From positions 1 to 31,230 of the forward strand of contig CAZUFC010000100.1 of the NCBI GenBank assembly GCA_964619725.1: a DNA stretch of 31,230 nt, written 5' to 3'. The stretch is from an uncultured bacterium (lineage in GTDB: Bacteria > CSSED10-310 > CAZUFC01). This document shows positions 27,914 through 31,230 of this stretch, in pieces. Positions within the stretch are counted from its first letter, which is position 1, and each line of letters starts with the position of its first letter. Made by a program: the position numbers and the translations under genes. Under the pieces are notes generated by a model. That model made no database searches, was not told where the DNA came from, and saw only the letters and a list, made by a program, of their open reading frames with translations.

Positions 27914-29149
27914 ATGAAGACAGATGACGCAAGAAATATCAAATACAAGATAATCAACCGGAAAAAACTGTTTATGGTTCGTAATGCCGACCGGTTATTG
28001 CAGGCGGCTTCGTGCGTTTACCGTCGGTTCAGCGGCAGGAGCCTCTCCGTACGTTCCTCACTGCCCGACTATCCTGAAAACATACTGGCCGTCCGCCTGG
28101 CCTATATCGGCGATGCGGTTATGACCCAGCCGGCTTTCGCTGTCCTGAAAGATAAATACCCCCAAAGCCGCCTGACGTTCCTGACATCAAGCGATGCCGC
28201 TCCTCTTTTTCGGTCAGACCCCCATCTGGATGAAGTCCTGGTCTTCGACGCTCCCTGGTTTAAAACCCCGGCCTGCTCCCCGGACGGCAAAATGGATTGC
28301 CTTATTTCGGAATACGGCCGCCTTAAACGGCTCATCCGGGAAAAAAATTTCGACCTGGGAATAGATTTTCGCGGCGACGTCAGAAATATCTTCTGGACAC
28401 TATACTATCCGAAAATCAGGCATCGCCTCAGCTATAACTCCGGCGGGGGAGGCGAACTGCTGACACATCCGGTCGATTGGAAAGATTTGACCCACAAAGT
28501 GGATTTTCATTTGAACCTCCTGCGTGAAGCAGGCATGGATTGCCCGACCCGGGAACCGCGACTGTACCCCGCCAGGAAGGATACAGAACAAGTCAAAATA
28601 CTCCTCGCCGGCTATAATATTAACGAAAACGATCATCTCATAATTATACACCCGAAAGCCCGGCTGCCCCTCAAAGAATGGCCCCTGGAAAGATATATCG
28701 AACTGGCCGCCAGACTGCTCCGGAATTATCAGATAAAAATAATACTTACTGGACTGCCGAAGGATTGGATATATCTGCAGAAATTCCGGGAAATTTCGGA
28801 GCAGCATTGCCTGAACCTCGCCGGTAAACTCGATATTCGCAAACTGGCCGCCTTATACCAACAGGCAAAACTCTTTATAGGAAACGACAGCGCTCCCGGG
28901 CACATTGCCGCTGCAACAGGCGTCCCGACACTCTCCATCTTCGGCCCCTCGCTGCCGCAGGAAACCGCACCCTGGTCCAAAATGAACAGAACTGTTTTTT
29001 CACAAAAAACCGCCTGCAGAGAAAAATGCGACGAAAACAGTTGCCGCAACAATACCATGGACTGCCTCAAAAACGTTTCTGTCGAAGAAGTCTTCAAAAC
29101 CGCTGAAGAAATGGCGGATCAATTGAATCTCCCGGCCCGTCGCCGGTAA
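27914..29149 (+). CDS. GT9 family glycosyltransferase (heptosyltransferase-like)
   Basis: RLAYIGDAVM, KEWPLERY, NLAGKL and FIGNDSAPGHIAAATGVPTLSIFGP motifs. Confidence 0.92.
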   Translation: MKTDDARNIKYKIINRKKLFMVRNADRLLQAASCVYRRFSGRSLSVRSSLPDYPENILAVRLAYIGDAVMTQPAFAVLKDKYPQSRLTFLTSSDAAPLFRSDPHLDEVLVFDAPWFKTPACSPDGKMDCLISEYGRLKRLIREKNFDLGIDFRGDVRNIFWTLYYPKIRHRLSYNSGGGGELLTHPVDWKDLTHKVDFHLNLLREAGMDCPTREPRLYPARKDTEQVKILLAGYNINENDHLIIIHPKARLPLKEWPLERYIELAARLLRNYQIKIILTGLPKDWIYLQKFREISEQHCLNLAGKLDIRKLAALYQQAKLFIGNDSAPGHIAAATGVPTLSIFGPSLPQETAPWSKMNRTVFSQKTACREKCDENSCRNNTMDCLKNVSVEEVFKTAEEMADQLNLPARRR

Positions 29150-29355
29150 GACCAATACGGCATCCTGTCTGAATGGTTCTCGATTTTCAGGCAGGCTGGA
29201 AGTTTTAGCTCACAGTAATCTTCATCATAAATTCGTCGTCGCTGCGGGATGGAAGTCATCACTTCGCATGTTTGTCCTACCCGATCCGATTATAAGATAA
29301 GCATCTGCGCAATACTTCGCTGCCCGTACCTTTGATTACATGCTGCTGAAAGTCT

Positions 29356-29574
29356 CTATGCGGCAATGGTTTGCTTGTCGGTCGGGAACTTATTGAGGAC
29401 TAATTCTTTTAAATCAAGTATTTTTGAGGCGTTGTCTATGTCTATGCCTGTGAGGAAACCTTCAGAATCGTAATCCAACACGACTCCGGCTGATACTTCT
29501 TTGCTTTCTGCGCTTTCTTTTTGTGAAAGGTCTATATACATTGAATCCGTATCGGGATAATATGATATCTTCAT
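29356..29574 (-). CDS. DUF2283-family protein (putative antitoxin)
   Basis: MKISYYPDTDSMYIDL...EVSAGVVLDYD..G.LTGIDI pattern. Confidence 0.85.
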   Translation of the reverse strand: MKISYYPDTDSMYIDLSQKESAESKEVSAGVVLDYDSEGFLTGIDIDNASKILDLKELVLNKFPTDKQTIAA

Positions 29575-29813
29575 GGCTTAAACCTCCTGTCAGGGAAGGC
29601 GTTATGAATGGTTTTCCTGTCTTCTAAAGTGACGACCCTCAAATAACGGCCGTCAAGTTCCTTTATCGGCGCCCAGAACCGGTACCGGTTAAACTCCTGT
29701 CGTTCTGATTTTGTCGGATTTTCCAGTACCATGATACACCATTCCTTTTTAATATACGGACGCTTCCTCAGGATTTCATTCTCAAAATAATCGGTAAATT
29801 TGTAATCCTTCAT
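29571..29813 (-). CDS. Small DUF4258/RelE-BrnT-like putative toxin
   Basis: RKRPYIKKEWC...RYRFW....DGRYLRVVTLED..TIHNAFPDR; 4-bp overlap with the DUF2283 gene; ATG 29813. Confidence 0.75.
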   Translation of the reverse strand: MKDYKFTDYFENEILRKRPYIKKEWCIMVLENPTKSERQEFNRYRFWAPIKELDGRYLRVVTLEDRKTIHNAFPDRRFKP

Positions 29814-29973
29814 TGCTTTCAAGCCGTCCCCATTACGCCGAAAAATTTATATCGACGCCTCACGAATTTTTAATATATCAAAAACTGGGTTTATTCAACA
29901 AACTCATTTTTAGCCGACCTGCCAGAGCGGACAAAATTCGCCTCGCTTGTCCAACTGAGAATTTTTCCCGGAC

Positions 29974-30174
29974 AAAAATCATGCTGACAGGACCACCCAA
30001 GGAATTGGATATATCTGCAGAAATTCCGGGAAATATCAGTGCAGCTTTCATTGTCTGAACCTGGCCGGAAAATTACATATTAGAAATCAGACCGCCTTAT
30101 ACCTGCAGGCAACAACTCTTTATCGGCAACGACAGCGCTCCAGGCTCGTAAACATTAAGACCAATACGGCATCC
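29974..30174 (+). pseudogene. Degenerate duplicate of the GT9 gene 3' region
   Basis: 29974-30141 aligns to 28735-28897 with third-position changes and indels; 30156-30174 is an exact 19-bp copy of 29147-29165 (GT9 stop codon + 16 bp). Confidence 0.85.
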
Positions 30175-30192
30175 CGAAACCAGGAAAAATCG

Positions 30193-30354
30193 GGAACTGA
30201 TCAAACCGGGGTTACACCTCTTGTAAAACTTTCGACAGTTCGTTTCAGTAATCGGGGATAAGGGTCGGGTTCGCAATCGGGATCGAAATCGAAATAAAAT
30301 GATGGGAGATTCGGAAGAATTGCAACATCAAAGGACGCATTTTTGATCAATGAC
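30193..30354 (+). mobile_element. MITE family A copy 4 (162 bp, more diverged)
   Basis: Ends GGAACTGATCAAA / TTTGATCAATGAC; imperfect flanks AAAAATCG / AAAAATTC. Confidence 0.88.
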
Positions 30355-30411
30355 AAAAATTCGCTCGTTTATGGTTCAAAAACCGCAGTGCCTGACCAGT
30401 TTTAAATTTTG
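30355..30411 (+). repeat. Repeat family B, second copy
   Basis: 52/57 identical to 19715-19771. Confidence 0.8.
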
Positions 30412-30437
30412 ACAGCCGGATTTTTCGGCGCTATAGT
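30409..30437 (+). promoter_or_regulatory. Sigma70 promoter of the RHH-PIN operon
   Basis: TTGACA-17 bp-TATAGT, followed by GGAGG RBS and ATG 30472. Confidence 0.7.
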
Positions 30438-30471
30438 GTTATGGTGAGGTTGTGATGGAGGAGAGAGAGTC

Positions 30472-30708
30472 ATGCATAGATTAACAATTACGCTGTCTGA
30501 TGAAAAACACCGGGCGCTAAAGGAAGCGGCTGTCAGACAGGGCAAATCCATTAGACAAATAATCGAAGAAAGTCTTGAAATAGCCGGGATTAAAACAAGG
30601 GAGAGAGCAAAAAGTTTAGTGTCGAAAGCCAGGGAACGCTCGCAGATGAGAGAGGATGAAGCGCTTAAACTTGCCGTGGAAGAGACGAAACAAGAGCGCA
30701 AAAAATGA
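30472..30708 (+). CDS. Ribbon-helix-helix (CopG-like) antitoxin
   Basis: MHRLTITLSDEKHRALKEAAVRQGKSIRQII RHH pattern; overlaps the PIN gene start. Confidence 0.85.
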   Translation: MHRLTITLSDEKHRALKEAAVRQGKSIRQIIEESLEIAGIKTRERAKSLVSKARERSQMREDEALKLAVEETKQERKK

Positions 30709-31136
30709 CGGTGATTGTGGCTGTAATTGATACGAACGTTCTGGTCAGCGGCATTATCACAAAAGATTCGGATTCATTTACCGGTAGAATTCTGGACGGA
30801 ATGCTTCAAGGAAAATTTTACTTTTTACTTTCAGATAAATTAATTTCTGAATACCGGGATGTTTTGCTGAGGAAACGAATCAGAAAAGTGCACGGATTAA
30901 GTGAAGAAGAAATTGATGAAATTCTGACGGACTTATCGGCGAATGGTATGTTCCGAGAAGTAATCGAATCGAAAACCCGTACTCCAGACAGAGACGATCA
31001 GCATTTATGGGACCTTTTGGCTGTTTATCCCGGCGCATGTCTGGTAACGGGAGACAAGCTGCTCATAGAAAATGCTCCTGAAAATGCCGCCGTTTTCACT
31101 CCACGCCGATTCGTCGATATTCATGATCGCCTGTAA
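30705..31136 (+). CDS. PIN-domain putative toxin (PIN_3 / TIGR00305-like)
   Basis: AVIDTNVLVSG, EY, PDRDD and LVTGDK.L motifs. Confidence 0.88.
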   Translation: MTVIVAVIDTNVLVSGIITKDSDSFTGRILDGMLQGKFYFLLSDKLISEYRDVLLRKRIRKVHGLSEEEIDEILTDLSANGMFREVIESKTRTPDRDDQHLWDLLAVYPGACLVTGDKLLIENAPENAAVFTPRRFVDIHDRL

Positions 31137-31230
31137 ATGTGCAATTGGAAACTATGGAATTGGCTATTCCCATACCTCCGCCGTACCACGCCGAGTTGCT
31201 CTCGAATGTGCAGTTTTTTATAGTAACGCT

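Noticed and set aside
29813-30058. 81-aa ORF
   Set aside because: Chimeric frame running into the decayed GT9 duplicate.
29974-30141. DGR template/variable repeat pair with 28735-28897
   Set aside because: Mismatches are not adenine-specific, they include indels and cluster at third codon positions, and there is no reverse transcriptase in the window.

Overview
Bacterial (diderm, moderate-GC) chromosomal window. It has a housekeeping/envelope core: polyprenyl synthase, a TetR-MFP-RND-TolC efflux operon, BirA, a CPA antiporter with TrkA domains, an AlkP-superfamily enzyme, an arylsulfotransferase, and a glycosylation cluster (B12 radical SAM, GT2, WcaJ-like, two GT-C, GT9). Most of the novelty is intergenic. 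(1) A ~155-180 bp MITE family occurs in 4 copies plus one older stub. It has GG(C/G/A)AYTGATCAA terminal inverted repeats, exact 8-bp AT-rich target duplications in two copies (IS1595/ISPna2-like signature) and a variable internal (RTCGNN)n hexamer tract. (2) One copy is split by a 2.2-kb IS1-like DDE element (139-2363) that carries a decayed hypothetical + PIN toxin pair and shows no target duplication. (3) Other copies are nested in an older copy or in a second repeat family. The window also holds a REP-like/IS200-TnpA relic, a ParB frameshifted at codon 3-4, a 5'-truncated haloalkane dehalogenase, and a toxin-antitoxin hotspot bracketed by a degenerate duplicate of the GT9 3' end. All product calls come from motif recognition by eye; no database searches were run.
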